DNA of 64,000 nucleotides. It comes from Tubulanus polymorphus (taxonomy: Eukaryota > Animalia > Nemertea). The stretch is from assembly GCF_964204645.1 (NCBI RefSeq), contig NC_134027.1:27676560-27740559 (forward strand), given 5' to 3'. The notes below the pieces were generated by a model that worked only from the letters and a program-made list of their open reading frames with translations, did not search any database and was not told the origin of the DNA. Every line of letters starts with the position of its first letter. Position 1 is the first letter of the stretch. Positions 61,192 through 64,000 of this stretch are shown here, piece after piece. The position numbers were made by a program, and so were the translations under genes.

Positions 61192-64000
61192 TCAGTTTTA
61201 ATGCAGACCTGTCACCACAGGTCCCGAAGACTCTGCAAAATGGCGCGAGCTGCCGTGTGAGGTCTCGCTTCAAAATTATTGTTTTATAGTAACTTAAGAT
61301 TACCTATATCCATGGTTAGCAATTTAATATTATATTCATTACTATAAAGATACCATAAAAAGTGAAGTTTTTTCCATTTCATCAGTTTTAATGCAGACCT
61401 GTCACCACAGGTCCCGAGAAGCTCTGCAAAATGGCGCGAGCTGCCGTGTGAGGTCTCGCTGCATAATTATTGTTTTATAGTAACTTAAGATTAATTCTAT
61501 CCATGGTTACCAATTTATGTTATACTCTTTACTATAAAGAGACCATAAAAATTAAAGTTTTCCTTCATTTCATCAGTTTTAATGCAGACCTGTCACCACA
61601 GGTCCCGAAGGCTCTGCAAAATGGCGCGAGCTGCCGTGTGAGGTCTCGCTTCATAATTATTGTTTTATAGTAACTTAAGATTAACTATATCCATGTTTAG
61701 CAATCTATATTATACTCTTTACTATAATAGAGACCATAAAAATTAAAGTTTTCCTTCATTTCATCAGTTTTAACGCAGACCTGTCACCACAGGTCCCGAG
61801 AAGCTCTGCAAAATGGCGCGAGCTGCCGTGTGAGGTCTCGCTGCATAATTATTGTTTTATAGTAACTTAAGATTAATTCTATCCATGGTTACCAATTTAT
61901 GTTATACTCTTTACTATAAAGAGACCATAAAAATTAAAGTTTTCCTTCATTTCATCAGTTTTAATGCAGACCTGTCACCACAGGTCCCGAAGGCTCTGCA
62001 AAATGGCGCGAGCTGCCGTGTGAGGTCTCGCTTCAAAATTATTGTTTTATAGTAACTTAAGATTAACTATGTCCATGTTTAGCAATCTATATTATACTCT
62101 TTACTATAATAGAGACCATAAAAATTAAAGTTTTCCTTCATTTCATCAGTTTTAATGCAGACCTGTCACCACAGGTCCCGAAGACTCTGCAAAATGGTGC
62201 GAGCTGCCGTGTGAGGTCTCGCTTCAAAATTATTGTTTTATAGTAACTTAAGATTACCTATATCCATGGTTAGCAATTTAATATTATATTCATTGCTATA
62301 AAGAGACCATAAAAATTAAAGTTTTCCTTCATTTCATCAGTTTTAATGCAGACCTGTCACCACAGGTCCCGAAGACTCTGCAAAATGGTGCGAGCTGCCG
62401 TGTGAGGTCTCGCTTCAAAATTATTGTTTTATAGTAACTTACGATTACCTATATCCATGGTTAGCAATTTAATATTATATTCATTGCTATAAAGAGACCA
62501 TAAAAATTAAAGTTTTCCTTCATTTCATCAGTTTTAATGCAGACCTGTCACCACAGGTCCCGAGAAGCTCTGCAAAATGGCGCGAGCTGCCGTGTGAGGT
62601 CTCGCTTCATAATTATTGTTTTATAGTAACTTAAGATTACCTATATCCATGGTTAGCAATTTAATATTATATTCATTGCTATAAAGAGACCATAAAAATT
62701 AAAGTTTTCCTTCATTTCATCAGTTTTAATGCAGACCTGTCACCACAGGTCCCGAGAAGCTCTGCAAAATGGCGCGAGCTGCCGTGTGAGGTCTCGCTTC
62801 ATAATTATTGTTTTATAGTAACTTAAGATTAACTATATCCATGTTTAGCAATCTATATTATACTCTTTACTATAATAGAGACCATAAAAATTAAAGTTTT
62901 CCTTCATTTCATCAGTTTTAATGCAGACCTGTCACCACAGGTCCCGAAGGCTCTGCAAAAAGGCGCGAGCTGCCGTGTGAGGTCTCGCTTCATAATTATT
63001 GTTTTATAGTAACTTAAGATTAACTATATCCATGTTTAGCAATCTATATTATACTCTTTACTATAATAGAGACCATAAAAATTAAAGTTTTCCTTCATTT
63101 CATCAGTTTTAACGCAGACCTGTCACCACAGGTCCCGAGAAGCTCTGCAAAATGGCGCGAGCTGCCGTGTGAGGTCTCGCTGCATAATTATTGTTTTATA
63201 GTAACTTAAGATTAATTCTATCCATGGTTACCAATTTATGTTATACTCTTTACTATAAAGAGACCATAAAAATTAAAGTTTTCCTTCATTTCATCAGTTT
63301 TAATGCAGACCTGTCACCACAGGTCCCGAAGGCTCTGCAAAATGGCGCGAGCTGCCGTGTGAGGTCTCGCTTCATAATTATTGTTTTATAGTAACTTAAG
63401 ATTAACTATATCCATGTTTAGCAATCTATATTATACTCTTTACTATAATAGAGACCATAAAAATTAAAGTTTTCCTTCATTTCATCAGTTTTAACGCAGA
63501 CCTGTCACCACAGGTCCCGAGAAGCTCTGCAAAATGGCGCGAGCTGCCGTGTGAGGTCTCGCTGCATAATTATTGTTTTATAGTAACTTAAGATTAATTC
63601 TATCCATGGTTACCAATTTATGTTATACTCTTTACTATAAAGAGACCATAAAAATTAAAGTTTTCCTTCATTTCATCAGTTTTAATGCAGACCTGTCACC
63701 ACAGGTCCCGAAGGCTCTGCAAAATGGCGCGAGCTGCCGTGTGAGGTCTCGCTTCAAAATTATTGTTTTATAGTAACTTAAGATTAACTATGTCCATGTT
63801 TAGCAATCTATATTATACTCTTTACTATAATAGAGACCATAAAAATTAAAGTTTTCCTTCATTTCATCAGTTTTAATGCAGACCTGTCACCACAGGTCCC
63901 GAAGACTCTGCAAAATGGTGCGAGCTGCCGTGTGAGGTCTCGCTTCAAAATTATTGTTTTATAGTAACTTAAGATTACCTATATCCATGGTTAGCAATTT
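61192..64000. repeat. ~191-bp satellite DNA with higher-order structure, continuing beyond the window
   Basis: About 14.7 monomers; variant pattern recurs at a 1721-bp offset (9 monomers). Confidence 0.97.

Noticed and set aside
61192-64000. Hammerhead/HDV ribozyme or SL/snRNA array in the satellite monomer
   Set aside because: The minus strand has CTGATGA...GAAA but no stem II can form; HDV pseudoknot topology could not be built; no recognisable snRNA or 5S sequence

Overview
Animal (probably marine invertebrate, lophotrochozoan-like) genomic DNA: AT-rich, GT-AG introns, dense in minisatellites. Most ORFs in the supplied track are repeat artefacts; I rebuilt the real genes by hand from splice sites and checked reading-frame phase. 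Genes found: (1) a GPR158/GPR179-like class C GPCR (minus; most 7TM exons and the C-tail traced, 137-18059); (2) two tandem, intron-containing creatinase (creatine amidinohydrolase) genes with an apparent mitochondrial presequence (plus; 25425-28746 and 30728-34417); (3) a 16-exon Spire actin nucleator (minus; 36270-45506); (4) a GC-rich, internally duplicated, decaying unknown zinc-finger gene resembling TE or virus cargo (~48300-52270); (5) a LicD/fukutin-family phosphotransferase (minus); (6) a 10-exon clan-2 cytochrome P450 (minus; 56861-60908). A ~191-bp satellite with a 1721-bp higher-order repeat runs off the right end. Also present: several MITEs, a tRNA-derived SINE and Penelope-type minimal hammerhead motifs. 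The best lead is the creatinase pair: a classically bacterial enzyme, apparently mitochondrial in an animal. One copy is canonical; the other is near-identical except for substitutions clustered around the substrate pocket.
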